The position numbers and the translations under genes are program-made. From Eledone cirrhosa (taxonomy: Eukaryota), in the NCBI GenBank assembly GCA_964016885.1, contig OZ024741.1:255192001-255256000 (forward strand): a stretch of DNA of 64,000 nt, read 5' to 3'. The notes beneath the pieces were generated by a model. The model made no database searches. It saw only the letters and a program-made list of their open reading frames with translations, and was not told where the DNA came from. Shown one piece after another: positions 1 to 12,587 of this stretch. How positions within the stretch are numbered: position 1 is the stretch's first letter; every line of letters starts with the position of its first letter.

Positions 1-3000
1 GCTGTTTTCTGTGTCAGTACCAGTGTTGTTGCTGTTGCTGTTTTCGCTGTCAGTGCCAGTGTTGTTGTAGTTGTTGCTGTTTTCTCTGTCAGTGCCAGTG
101 TTGTAGTTGTTGCTGTTTTCTGTGTCAGTGCCAGTGTTGTTGTTGTTGCTATTTTCACTGTCAGTGCCAGTGTTGTTATTGTTGCTGTTTTCTGTGTCAG
201 TGCCAGTGTTGTTGTTGTTGCTGTTTTCTGTGTCAGTGCCAGTGTTGTTGTTGTTGCTATTTTCACTGTCAGTGCCAGTGTTGTTGCTGTTGCTGTTTTC
301 TCTGTCAGTGCCAGTGATGTTGTAGTTGTTGCTGTTTTCTGTGTTAGTGCCAGTGTTGTTGTAGTTGTTGCTGTTTTCTGTGTCAGTGCCAGTGTTGTTG
401 CTGTTGCTGTTTTCTCTGTCAGTGCCAGTGTTGTTGTAGTTGTTGCTGCTTTCTCTGTCAGTGCCAGTGTTGTTGTAGTTGTTTCTGTTTTCTGTGTCAG
501 TGCCAGTGTTGTTGTTGTTGCTGTTTTCTCTGTCAGTGCCAGTGTTGTTGTAGTTGTTGCTGTTTTCTGTGTCAGTGCCACTGTTGTTGTTGCTGTTTTC
601 TGTGTCTGTGCCAGTGTTGTTGTTGTTGCTGTTTTCTCTGTCAGTGCCAGTGTTGTTGTTGCTGTTTTCTCTGTCAGTGCCAGTGTTGTTGTTGTTGCTG
701 TTTTCTGTGTCAGTGCCAGTGTTGTAGTTGTTGCTGTTTTCTGTGTCAGTGCCAGTGTTGTTGTAGTTGTTGCTGTTTTCTGTGTCAGTGCCAGTGTTTT
801 TGTTGTTGCTGTTTTCTCTGTCAGTGCCAGTGTTGTTGTAGTTGTTGCTGTTTTCTCTGTCAGTGCCAGTGTTGTTGTAATTGTTGCTGTTTTCTGTGTC
901 AGTGCCAGTGTTGTAGCTGTTGTTGCTGTTTTCTGTGTCAGTGCCAGTGTTGTTGTTGTTGCTGTTTTCTGTGTCAGTGCCAGTGTTGTTGTTGCTATTT
1001 TCACTGTCAGTGCCAGTGTTGTTGTAGTTGTTGCTGTTTTCTGTGTCAGTGCCAGTGTTGTTGTTGTTGCTGTTTTCTCTGTCAGTGCCAGTGTTGTTGT
1101 AGCTGTTGCTGTTTTCTGTGTCAGTGCCAGTGTTGTTATAGTTGTTGCTGTTTACTGTGTCAGTGCCAGTGTTGTTGTAGTTGTTGCTGTTTTCTCTGTC
1201 AGTGCCAGTGTTGTTGTAGTTGTTGCTGTTTTCTCTGTCAGTGCCAGTGTTGTTGTAGTTGTTGCTGTTTTCTGTGTCAGTGCCAGTGTTGTTGTTGTTG
1301 CTGTTTTCTCTGTCAGTGCCAGTGTTGTTGTAGTTGTTGCTGTTTTCTCTGTCAGTGCCAGTGTTGTTGTAGTTGTTGCTGTTTTCTCTGTCAGTGCCAG
1401 TGTTGTTGTTGTTGTTGCTGTTTTCTCTGTCAGTGCCAGTGTTGTAGTTGTTGCTGTTTTCTCTGTCAGTGCCAGTGTTGTTGTAGTTGTTGCTGTTTTC
1501 TGTGTCAGTGCCAGTGTTGTTGTTGTTGCTGTTTTCTCTGTCAGTGCCAGTGTTGTTGTTGTTGTTATTTTCACTGTCAGTGCCAGTGTTGTTGCTGTTG
1601 CTGTTTTCTCTGTCAGTGCCAGTGATGTTGTAGTTGTTGGTGTTTTCTGTGTTAGTGCCAGTGTTGTTGTAGTTGTTGCTGTTTTCTGTGTCAGTGCCAG
1701 TGTTGTTGCTGTTGCTGTTTTCTCTGTCAGTGCCAGTGTTGTTGTAGTTGTTGCTGCTTTCTCTGTCAGTGCCAGTGTTGTTGTAGTTGTTGCTGTTTTC
1801 TGTGTCAGTGCCAGTGTGGTTGTTGTTGTTGTTTTCTCTGTCAGTGCAAGTGTTGTTGTAGTTGTTGCTGTTTTCTGTGTCAGTGCCACTGTTGTTGTTG
1901 CTGTTTTCTCTGTCAGTGCTAGTGTTGTTGTAGTTTTTGCTGTTTTCTGTGTCAGTGCCAGTGTTGTTGTGGCTGTTTTCTGTGTCAGTGCCAGTGTTGT
2001 TGTTGTTGCTGTTTTCTCTGTCAGTGCCAGTGTTGTTGCTGTTGCTATTTTCTCTGTCAGTGCCAGTGTTGTTGTTGTTGCTGTTTTCTGTGTCAGTGCC
2101 AGTGTTGTTGTTGTTGCTGTTTTCTTTGTCAGTGCCAGTGTTGTTGTTGTTACTGTTGCTATTTTCTGTGTCAGTTCCAGTGTTGCTGTTGCTGTTTTCT
2201 GTGCCAGTGCCAGTGTTATTGTTGCTGTTGTTGCTGTTTTCTGTGTCAGTGCCACGGTTGTTGTTGCTATTGTTGCTGTTTTCTGTGTCAGTGCCAGTGT
2301 TGTTGTTGCTGTTTTCTGTGTCAGTGCCAGTGTTGTTGTTGCTGTTGTTGCTGTTTTCCGTGCCAGTGTTGATGTAGTTGTTGCTGTTTTCTGTGTCAGT
2401 GCCGGTGTTGTTGTTGTTGCTGTTTTCTCTGTCAGTGCCAGTGTTGTTGTTGTTGCTGTTTTCTCTGTCAGTGCCAGTGTTGTTGTTGTTGCTGTTTTCT
2501 GTGTCAGTGCCAGTGTTGTTGTAGTAGTTGCTGTTTTCTGTGTCAGTGCCAGTGTTGTTGTAGTTGTTGCTGTTTTATGTGTCAGTGCCAGTGTTGTTGT
2601 AGTTGTTGCTGTTTTCTCTGTCAGTGCCAGTGTTGTTGTAGTTGTTGCTGTTTTCTCTGTCAGTGCCAGTGTTGTTGTAGTTGTTGCTGTTTTTCTGTGT
2701 CAATGCCAGTGTTGTTGTTGTTGCTGTTTTCTCTGTCAGTGCCAGTGTTGTAGTTGTTGCTGTTTTCTCTGTCAGTGCCAGTGTTGTTGTAGTTGTTGCT
2801 GTTTTCTGTGTCAGTGCCAGTGTTGTTGCTGTTGTTGCTGTTTTCTGTGTCAGTGCCGGTGTTGTTGTTGTTGCTGTTTTCTCTGTCAGTGCCAGTGTTG
2901 TTGTTGTTGCTGTTTTCTCTGTCAGTGCCAGTGTTTTTGTTGTTGCTGTTTTCTGTGTCAGTGCCAGTGTTGTTCTAGTTGTTGCTGTTTTCTGTGTCAG

Positions 3001-6000
3001 TGCCAGTGTTGTTGTAGTTGTTGCTGTTTTCTCTGTCAGTGCCAGTGTTGTTGTAGTTGTTGCTGTTTTCTCTGTCAGTGCCAGTGTTGTTGTAGTTGTT
3101 GCTGTTTTCTGTGTCAGTGCCAGTGTTGTTGTTGTTGCTGTTTTCTCTGTCAGTGCCAGTGTTGTTGTAGTTATTGCTGTTTTCTGTGTCAGTGCCACTG
3201 TTGTTGTTGCTGTTTTCTGTGTCAGTGCCAGTGTTGTTGTTGTTGCTGTTTTCTCTGTCAGTGCCAGTGTTGTTGTTGCTGTTTTCTCTGTCAGTGCCAG
3301 TGTTGTTGTTGCTGTTTTCTGTGTCAGTGCCATTGTTATTGCTGTTGTTGCTGTTTTCTCTGTCAGTGCCAGTGTTGTTGTAGTTGTTGCTGTTTTCTCT
3401 GTCAGTGCCAGTGTTGTTGTTGCTGTTTTCTGTGTCAGTGCCATTGTTATTGCTGTTGTTGCTGTTTTCTCTGTCAGTGCCAGTGTTGTTGTAGTTGTTG
3501 CTGTTTTCTCTGTCAGTGCCAGTGTTGTTGTAATTGTTGCTGTTTTCTGTGTCAGTGCCACTGTTGTTGCTGTTGTTGCTGTTTTCTGTGTCAGTGCCAG
3601 TGTTATTGCTGTTGTTGCTGTTTTCTGTGTCAGTGCCAGTGTTGTTGTAGTTGTTGCTGTTTTCTGTGTCAGTGCCAGTGTTGTTGTTGCTATTTTCACT
3701 GTCAGTGCCAGTGTTGTTGTAGTTGTTGCTGTTTTCTGTGTCAGTGCCAGTGTTGTTGTAGTTGTTGCTGTTTTTTGTGTCAGTGCCAGTGTTGTTGTAG
3801 TTGTTGCTGTTTTCTCTGTCAGTGCCAGTGTTGTTGTTGTTGTTGCTGTTTTCTCTGTCAGTGCCAGTGTTGTAGTTGTTGCTGTTTTCTCTGTCAGTGC
3901 CAGTGTTGTTGTAGTTGTTGCTGTTTTCTGTGTCAGTGCCAGTGTTGTTGTTGTTGCTGTTTTCTGTGTCAGTGCCAGTGTTGTTGTTGTTGCTATTTTC
4001 ACTGTCAGTGCCAGTGTTGTTGCTGTTGCTGTTTTCTCTGTCAGTGCCAGTGATGTTGTAGTTGTTGCTGTTTTCTGTGTTAGTGCCAGTGTTGTTGTAG
4101 TTGTTGCTGTTTTCTGTGTCAGTGCCAGTGTTGTTGCTGTTGCTGTTTTCTCTGTCAGTGCCAGTGTTGTTGTAGTTGTTGATGCTTTCTCTGTCAGTGC
4201 CAGTGTTGTTGTAGTTGTTTCTGTTTTCTGTGTCAGTGCCAGTGTTGTTGTTGTTGCTGTTTTCTCTGTCAGTGCCAGTGTTGTTGTAGTTGTTGCTGTT
4301 TTCTGTGTCAGTGCCACTGTTGTTGTTGCTGTTTTCTGTGTCTGTGCCAGTGTTGTTGTTGTTGCTGTTTTCTCTGTCAGTGCCAGTGTTGTTGTTGCTG
4401 TTTTCTCTGTCAGTGCCAGTGTTGTTGTTGTTGCTGTTTTCTGTGTCAGTGCCAGTGTTGTTGTAGTTGTTGCTGTTTTCTGTGTCAGTGCCAGTGTTGT
4501 TGTAGTTGTTACTGTTTTCTCTGTCAGTGCCAGTGTTGTTGTAGTTGTTGCTGTTTTCTCTGTCAGTGCCATTGTTGTTGTAGTTGTTGCTGTTTTCTGT
4601 GTCAGTGTCAGTGTTTTTGTTGTTGCTGTTTTCTCTGTCAGTGCCAGTGTTGTTGTTGTTGCTGTTTTCTGTGTCAGTGCCAGTGTTGTTGTTGCTATTT
4701 TCACTGTCAGTGCCAGTGTTGTTGTAGTTGTTGCTGTTTTCTGTGTCAGTGCCAGTGTTGTTGTTGTTGCTGTTTTCTCTGTCAGTGCCAGTGTTGTTGT
4801 AGTTGTTGCTGTTTACTGTGTCAGTGCCATTGTTGTTGTAGTTGTTGCTGTTTTCTCTGTTAGTGCCAGTGTTGTTGTAGTTGTTGCTGTTTTCTCTGTC
4901 AGTGCCAGTGTTGTTGTAGTTGTTGCTGTTTTCTCTGTCAGTGCCAGTGTTGTTGTAGTTGTTGCTGTTTTTTGTGTCAGTGCCAGTGTTGTTGTAGTTG
5001 TTGCTGTTTTCTCTGTCAGTGCCAGTGTTGTTATAGCTGTTGCTGTTTTCTGTGTCAGTCCCAGTGTTGTTGTAGTTGTTGCTGTTTTCTCTGTCAGTGC
5101 CAGTGTTGTTGTAGTTGTTGCTGTTTTCTCTGTCAGTGCCAGTGTTGTTGTAGTTGTTGCTGTTTTCTCTGTCAGTGCCAGCGTTGTTGTAGTTGTTGCT
5201 GTTTTCTGTGTCAGTGCCAGTGTTGTTGTTGTTGCTGTTTTCTGTGTCAGTGCCAGTGTTGTTGTTGCTATTTTCACTGTCAGTGCCAGTGTTGTTGTAG
5301 TTGTTGCTGTTTTCTGTGTCAGTGCCAGTGTTGTTGTTGTTGCTGTTTTCTCTGTCAGTGCCAGTGTTGTTGTAGCTGTTGCTGTTTTCTGTGTCAGTCC
5401 CAGTGTTGTTGTAGTTGTTGCTGTTTTCTCTGTCAGTGCCAGTGTTGTTGTAGTTGTTGCTGTTTTCTCTGTCAGTGCCAGTGTTGTTGTAGTTGTTGCT
5501 GTTTTCTCTGTCAGTGCCAGCGTTGTTGTAGTTGTTGCTGTTTTCTGTGTCAGTGCCAGTGTTGTTGTTGTTGTTGTTTTCTCTGTCAGTGCCAGTGTTG
5601 TTGTAGTTTTTGCTGTTTTATCTGTCAGTGCCAGTGTTGTTGTAGTTGTTGCTGTTTTTTGTGTCAGTGCCAGTGTTGTTGTAGTTGTTGCTGTTTTCTC
5701 TGTCAGTGCCAGTGTTGTTGTTGTTGTTGCTGTTTTCTCTGTCAGTGCCAGTGTTGTAGTTGTTGCTGTTTTCTCTGTCAGTGCCAGTGTTGTTGTAGTT
5801 GTTGCTGTTTTCTGTGTCAGTGCCAGTGTTGTTGTTGTTGCTGTTTTCTGTGTCAGTGCCAGTGTTGTTGTTGTTGCTATTTTCACTGTCAGTGCCAGTG
5901 TTGTTGCTGTTGCTGTTTTCTCTGTCAGTGCCAGTGATGTTGTAGTTGTTGCTGTTTTCTGTGTTAGTGCCAGTGTTGTTGTAGTTGTTGCTGTTTTCTG

Positions 6001-9000
6001 TGTCAGTGCCAGTGTTGTTGCTGTTGCTGTTTTCTCTGTCAGTGCCAGTGTTGTTGTAGTTGTTGCTGCTTTCTCTTTCAGTGCCAGTGTTGTTGTAGTT
6101 GTTTCTGTTTTCTGTGTCAGTGCCAGTGTTGTTGTTGTTGCTGTTTTCTCTGTCAGTGCCAGTGTTGTTGTAGTTGTTGCTGTTTTCTGTGTCAGTGCCA
6201 CTGTTGTTGTTGCTGTTTTCTGTGTCTGTGCCAGTGTTGTTGTTGTTGCTGTTTTCTCTGTCAGTGCCAGTGTTGTTGTTGCTGTTTTCTCTGTCAGTGC
6301 CAGTGTTGTTGTTGTTGCTGTTTTCTGTGTCAGTGCCAGTGTTGTTGTAGTTGTTGCTGTTTTCTGTGTCAGTGCCAGTGTTGTTGTAGTTGTTACTGTT
6401 TTCTCTGTCAGTGCCAGTGTTGTTGTAGTTGTTGCTGTTTTCTCTGTCAGTGCCATTGTTGTTGTAGTTGTTGCTGTTTTCTGTGTCAGTGTCAGTGTTT
6501 TTGTTGTTGCTGTTTTCTCTGTCAGTGCCAGTGTTGTTGTTGTTGCTGTTTTCTGTGTCAGTGCCAGTGTTGTTGTTGCTATTTTCACTGTCAGTGCCAG
6601 TGTTGTTGTAGTTGTTGCTGTTTTCTGTGTCAGTGCCAGTGTTTTTGTTGTTGCTGTTTTCTCTGTCAGTGCCAGTGTTGTTGTAGTTGTTGCTGTTTTC
6701 TCTGTCAGTGCCAGTGTTGTTGTAATTGTTGCTGTTTTCTGTGTCAGTGCCAGTGTTGTTGCTGTTGTTGCTGTTTTCTGTGTCAGTGCCAGTGTTGTTG
6801 TTGTTGGTGTTTTCTCTGTCAGTGCCAGTGTTGTTGTAGTTGTTGCTGTTTTCTGTGTCAGTGCCAGTGTTGTTGCTGTTGCTGTTTTCTCTGTCAGTGC
6901 CAGTGTTGTTGTAGTTGTTGCTGTTTTCTGTGTCAGTGCCAGTGTTGTTGTTGTTGCTGTTTTCTCTGTCAGTGCCAGTGTTGTTGTAGTTGTTGCTGTT
7001 TTCTGTGTCAGTGCCAGTGTTGTTGTAGTTGTTGCTGTTTTCTCTGTCAGTGCCAGTGTTGTTGTTGTTGTTGCTGTTTTCTCTGTCAGTGCCAGTGTTG
7101 TAGTTGTTGCTGTTTTCTCTGTCAGTGCCAGTGTTGTTGTAGTTGTTGCTGTTTTCTGTGTCAGTGCCAGTGTTGTTGCTGTTGTTGTTTTCTCTGTCAG
7201 TGCCAGTGTTGTTGTAGTTGTTGCTGCTTTCTCTGTCAGTGCCAGTGTTGTTGTAGTTGTTGCTGTTTTCTGTGTCAGTGCCAGTGTTGTTGTTGTTGCT
7301 GTTTTCTCTGTCAATGCCAGTGTTGTTGTAGTTGTTGCTGTTTTCTGTGTCAGTGCCAGTGTTGTTGTTGTTGCAGTTTTCTCTGTCAGTGCCAGTGTTG
7401 TTGTTGCTGTTTTCTCTGTCAGTGCCAGTGTTGTTGTTGTTGCTGTTTTCTGTGTCAGTGCCATTGTTATTGCGGTTGTTGCTGTTTTCTGTGTCAGTGC
7501 CAGTGTTGTTGTTGCTGTTGTTGCTGTTTTCTGTGTCAGTACCAGTGTTGTTGCTGTTGCTGTTTTCGCTGTCAGTGCCAGTGTTGTTGTAGTTGTTGCT
7601 GTTTTCTCTGTCAGTGCCAGTGTTGTAGTTGTTGCTGTTTTCTGTGTCAGTGCCAGTGTTGTTGTTGTTGCTATTTTCACTGTCAGTGCCAGTGTTGTTA
7701 TTGTTGCTGTTTTCTGTGTCAGTGCCAGTGTTGTTGTTGTTGCTGTTTTCTGTGTCAGTGCCAGTGTTGTTGTTGTTGCTATTTTCACTGTCAGTGCCAG
7801 TGTTGTTGCTGTTGCTGTTTTCTCTGTCAGTGCCAGTGATGTTGTAGTTGTTGCTGTTTTCTGTGTTAGTGCCAGTGTTGTTGTAGTTGTTGCTGTTTTC
7901 TGTGTCAGTGCCAGTGTTGTTGCTGTTGCTGTTTTCTCTGTCAGTGCCAGTGTTGTTGTAGTTGTTGCTGCTTTCTCTGTCAGTGCCAGTGTTGTTGTAG
8001 TTGTTTCTGTTTTCTGTGTCAGTGCCAGTGTTGTTGTTGCTGTTTTCTCTGTCAGTGCCAGTGTTGTTGTAGTTGTTGCTGTTTTCTGTGTCAGTGCCAC
8101 TGTTGTTGTTGCTGTTTTCTGTGTCTGTGCCAGTGTTGTTGTTGTTGCTGTTTTCTCTGTCAGTGCCAGTGTTGTTGTTGCTGTTTTCTCTGTCAGTGCC
8201 AGTGTTGTTGTTGTTGCTGTTTTCTGTGTCAGTGCCAGTGTTGTAGTTGTTGCTGTTTTCTGTGTCAGTGCCAGTGTTGTTGTAGTTGTTGCTGTTTTCT
8301 GTGTCAGTGCCAGTGTTTTTGTTGTTGCTGTTTTCTCTGTCAGTGCCAGTGTTGTTGTAGTTGTTGCTGTTTTCTCTGTCAGTGCCAGTGTTGTTGTAAT
8401 TGTTGCTGTTTTCTGTGTCAGTGCCAGTGTTGTAGCTGTTGTTGCTGTTTTCTGTGTCAGTGCCAGTGTTGTTGTTGTTGCTGTTTTCTGTGTCAGTGCC
8501 AGTGTTGTTGTTGCTATTTTCACTGTCAGTGCCAGTGTTGTTGTAGTTGTTGCTGTTTTCTGTGTCAGTGCCAGTGTTGTTGTTGTTGCTGTTTTCTCTG
8601 TCAGTGCCAGTGTTGTTGTAGCTGTTGCTGTTTTCTGTGTCAGTGCCAGTGTTGTTATAGTTGTTGCTGTTTACTGTGTCAGTGCCAGTGTTGTTGTAGT
8701 TGTTGCTGTTTTCTCTGTCAGTGCCAGTGTTGTTGTAGTTGTTGCTGTTTTCTCTGTCAGTGCCAGTGTTGTTGTAGTTGTTGCTGTTTTCTGTGTCAGT
8801 GCCAGTGTTGTTGTTGTTGCTGTTTTCTCTGTCAGTGCCAGTGTTGTTGTAGTTGTTGCTGTTTTCTCTGTCAGTGCCAGTGTTGTTGTAGTTGTTGCTG
8901 TTTTTTGTGTCAGTGCCAGTGTTGTTGTAGTTGTTGCTGTTTTCTCTGTCAGTGCCAGTGTTGTTGTTGTTGTTGCTGTTTTCTCTGTCAGTGCCAGTGT

Positions 9001-12000
9001 TGTAGTTGTTGCTGTTTTCTCTGTCAGTGCCAGTGTTGTTGTAGTTGTTGCTGTTTTCTGTGTCAGTGCCAGTGTTGTTGTTGTTGCTGTTTTCTCTGTC
9101 AGTGCCAGTGTTGTTGTTGTTGTTATTTTCACTGTCAGTGCCAGTGTTGTTGCTGTTGTTGTTTTCTCTGTCAGTGCCAGTGATGTTGTAGTTGTTGGTG
9201 TTTTCTGTGTTAGTGCCAGTGTTGTTGTAGTTGTTGCTGTTTTCTGTGTCAGTGCCAGTGTTGTTGCTGTTGCTGTTTTCTCTGTCAGTGCCAGTGTTGT
9301 TGTAGTTGTTGCTGCTTTCTCTGTCAGTGCCAGTGTTGTTGTAGTTGTTGCTGTTTTCTGTGTCAGTGCCAGTGTTGTTGTTGTTGTTGTTTTCTCTGTC
9401 AGTGCAAGTGTTGTTGTAGTTGTTGCTGTTTTCTGTGTCAGTGCCACTGTTGTTGTTGCTGTTTTCTCTGTCAGTGCTAGTGTTGTTGTAGTTTTTGCTG
9501 TTTTCTGTGTCAGTGCCAGTGTTGTTGTGGCTGTTTTCTGTGTCAGTGCCAGTGTTGTTGTTGTTGCTGTTTTCTCTGTCAGTGCCAGTGTTGTTGCTGT
9601 TGCTATTTTCTCTGTCAGTGCCAGTGTTGTTGTTGTTGCTGTTTTCTGTGTCAGTGCCAGTGTTGTTGTTGTTGCTGTTTTCTTTGTCAGTGCCAGTGTT
9701 GTTGTTGTTACTGTTGCTATTTTCTGTGTCAGTTCCAGTGTTGCTGTTGCTGTTTTCTGTGCCAGTGCCAGTGTTATTGTTGCTGTTGTTGCTGTTTTCT
9801 GTGTCAGTGCCACGGTTGTTGTTGCTATTGTTGCTGTTTTCTGTGTCAGTGCCAGTGTTGTTGTTGCTGTTTTCTGTGTCAGTGCCAGTGTTGTTGTTGC
9901 TGTTGTTGCTGTTTTCCGTGCCAGTGTTGATGTAGTTGTTGCTGTTTTCTGTGTCAGTGCCGGTGTTGTTGTTGTTGCTGTTTTCTCTGTCAGTGCCAGT
10001 GTTGTTGTTGTTGCTGTTTTCTCTGTCAGTGCCAGTGTTGTTGTTGTTGCTGTTTTCTGTGTCAGTGCCAGTGTTGTTGTAGTAGTTGCTGTTTTCTGTG
10101 TCAGTGCCAGTGTTGTTGTAGTTGTTGCTGTTTTATGTGTCAGTGCCAGTGTTGTTGTAGTTGTTGCTGTTTTCTCTGTCAGTGCCAGTGTTGTTGTAGT
10201 TGTTGCTGTTTTCTCTGTCAGTGCCAGTGTTGTTGTAGTTGTTGCTGTTTTTCTGTGTCAATGCCAGTGTTGTTGTTGTTGCTGTTTTCTCTGTCAGTGC
10301 CAGTGTTGTAGTTGTTGCTGTTTTCTCTGTCAGTGCCAGTGTTGTTGTAGTTGTTGCTGTTTTCTGTGTCAGTGCCAGTGTTGTTGCTGTTGTTGCTGTT
10401 TTCTGTGTCAGTGCCGGTGTTGTTGTTGTTGCTGTTTTCTCTGTCAGTGCCAGTGTTGTTGTTGTTGCTGTTTTCTCTGTCAGTGCCAGTGTTTTTGTTG
10501 TTGCTGTTTTCTGTGTCAGTGCCAGTGTTGTTCTAGTTGTTGCTGTTTTCTGTGTCAGTGCCAGTGTTGTTGTAGTTGTTGCTGTTTTCTCTGTCAGTGC
10601 CAGTGTTGTTGTAGTTGTTGCTGTTTTCTCTGTCAGTGCCAGTGTTGTTGTAGTTGTTGCTGTTTTCTGTGTCAGTGCCAGTGTTGTTGTTGTTGCTGTT
10701 TTCTCTGTCAGTGCCAGTGTTGTTGTAGTTATTGCTGTTTTCTGTGTCAGTGCCACTGTTGTTGTTGCTGTTTTCTGTGTCAGTGCCAGTGTTGTTGTTG
10801 TTGCTGTTTTCTCTGTCAGTGCCAGTGTTGTTGTTGCTGTTTTCTCTGTCAGTGCCAGTGTTGTTGTTGCTGTTTTCTGTGTCAGTGCCATTGTTATTGC
10901 TGTTGTTGCTGTTTTCTCTGTCAGTGCCAGTGTTGTTGTAGTTGTTGCTGTTTTCTCTGTCAGTGCCAGTGTTGTTGTTGCTGTTTTCTGTGTCAGTGCC
11001 ATTGTTATTGCTGTTGTTGCTGTTTTCTCTGTCAGTGCCAGTGTTGTTGTAGTTGTTGCTGTTTTCTCTGTCAGTGCCAGTGTTGTTGTAATTGTTGCTG
11101 TTTTCTGTGTCAGTGCCACTGTTGTTGCTGTTGTTGCTGTTTTCTGTGTCAGTGCCAGTGTTATTGCTGTTGTTGCTGTTTTCTGTGTCAGTGCCAGTGT
11201 TGTTGTTGTTGCTGTTTTCTGTGTCAGTGCCAGTGTTGTTGTTGCTATTTTCACTGTCAGTGCCAGTGTTGTTGTAGTTGTTGCTGTTTTCTGTGTCAGT
11301 GCCAGTGTTGTTGTAGTTGTTGCTGTTTTTTGTGTCAGTGCCAGTGTTGTTGTAGTTGTTGCTGTTTTCTCTGTCAGTGCCAGTGTTGTTGTTGTTGTTG
11401 CTGTTTTCTCTGTCAGTGCCAGTGTTGTAGTTGTTGCTGTTTTCTCTGTCAGTGCCAGTGTTGTTGTAGTTGTTGCTGTTTTCTGTGTCAGTGCCAGTGT
11501 TGTTGTTGTTGCTGTTTTCTGTGTCAGTGCCAGTGTTGTTGTTGTTGCTATTTTCACTGTCAGTGCCAGTGTTGTTGCTGTTGCTGTTTTCTCTGTCAGT
11601 GCCAGTGATGTTGTAGTTGTTGCTGTTTTCTGTGTTAGTGCCAGTGTTGTTGTAGTTGTTGCTGTTTTCTGTGTCAGTGCCAGTGTTGTTGCTGTTGCTG
11701 TTTTCTCTGTCAGTGCCAGTGTTGTTGTAGTTGTTGATGCTTTCTCTGTCAGTGCCAGTGTTGTTGTAGTTGTTTCTGTTTTCTGTGTCAGTGCCAGTGT
11801 TGTTGTTGTTGCTGTTTTCTCTGTCAGTGCCAGTGTTGTTGTAGTTGTTGCTGTTTTCTGTGTCAGTGCCACTGTTGTTGTTGCTGTTTTCTGTGTCTGT
11901 GCCAGTGTTGTTGTTGTTGCTGTTTTCTCTGTCAGTGCCAGTGTTGTTGTTGCTGTTTTCTCTGTCAGTGCCAGTGTTGTTGTTGTTGCTGTTTTCTGTG

Positions 12001-12587
12001 TCAGTGCCAGTGTTGTTGTAGTTGTTGCTGTTTTCTGTGTCAGTGCCAGTGTTGTTGTAGTTGTTACTGTTTTCTCTGTCAGTGCCAGTGTTGTTGTAGT
12101 TGTTGCTGTTTTCTCTGTCAGTGCCATTGTTGTTGTAGTTGTTGCTGTTTTCTGTGTCAGTGTCAGTGTTTTTGTTGTTGCTGTTTTCTCTGTCAGTGCC
12201 AGTGTTGTTGTTGTTGCTGTTTTCTGTGTCAGTGCCAGTGTTGTTGTTGCTATTTTCACTGTCAGTGCCAGTGTTGTTGTAGTTGTTGCTGTTTTCTGTG
12301 TCAGTGCCAGTGTTGTTGTTGTTGCTGTTTTCTCTGTCAGTGCCAGTGTTGTTGTAGTTGTTGCTGTTTACTGTGTCAGTGCCATTGTTGTTGTAGTTGT
12401 TGCTGTTTTCTCTGTTAGTGCCAGTGTTGTTGTAGTTGTTGCTGTTTTCTCTGTCAGTGCCAGTGTTGTTGTAGTTGTTGCTGTTTTCTCTGTCAGTGCC
12501 AGTGTTGTTGTAGTTGTTGCTGTTTTTTGTGTCAGTGCCAGTGTTGTTGTAGTTGTTGCTGTTTTCTCTGTCAGTGCCAGTGTTGTT
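1..12587. repeat. Higher-order duplication: ~1-5032 repeated at ~7523-12587 (offset 7519-7558 bp)
   Basis: Rare markers are shared in the same order: CAGTACCAG...TTTTCGCTGTC at 19/7541, GTTTAC at 1152/8671 and 4813/12368, AGTTCC at 2175/9733, and the +1 T insertion at ~2692/~10250. The offset drifts by whole triplets or monomers. Confidence 0.92.
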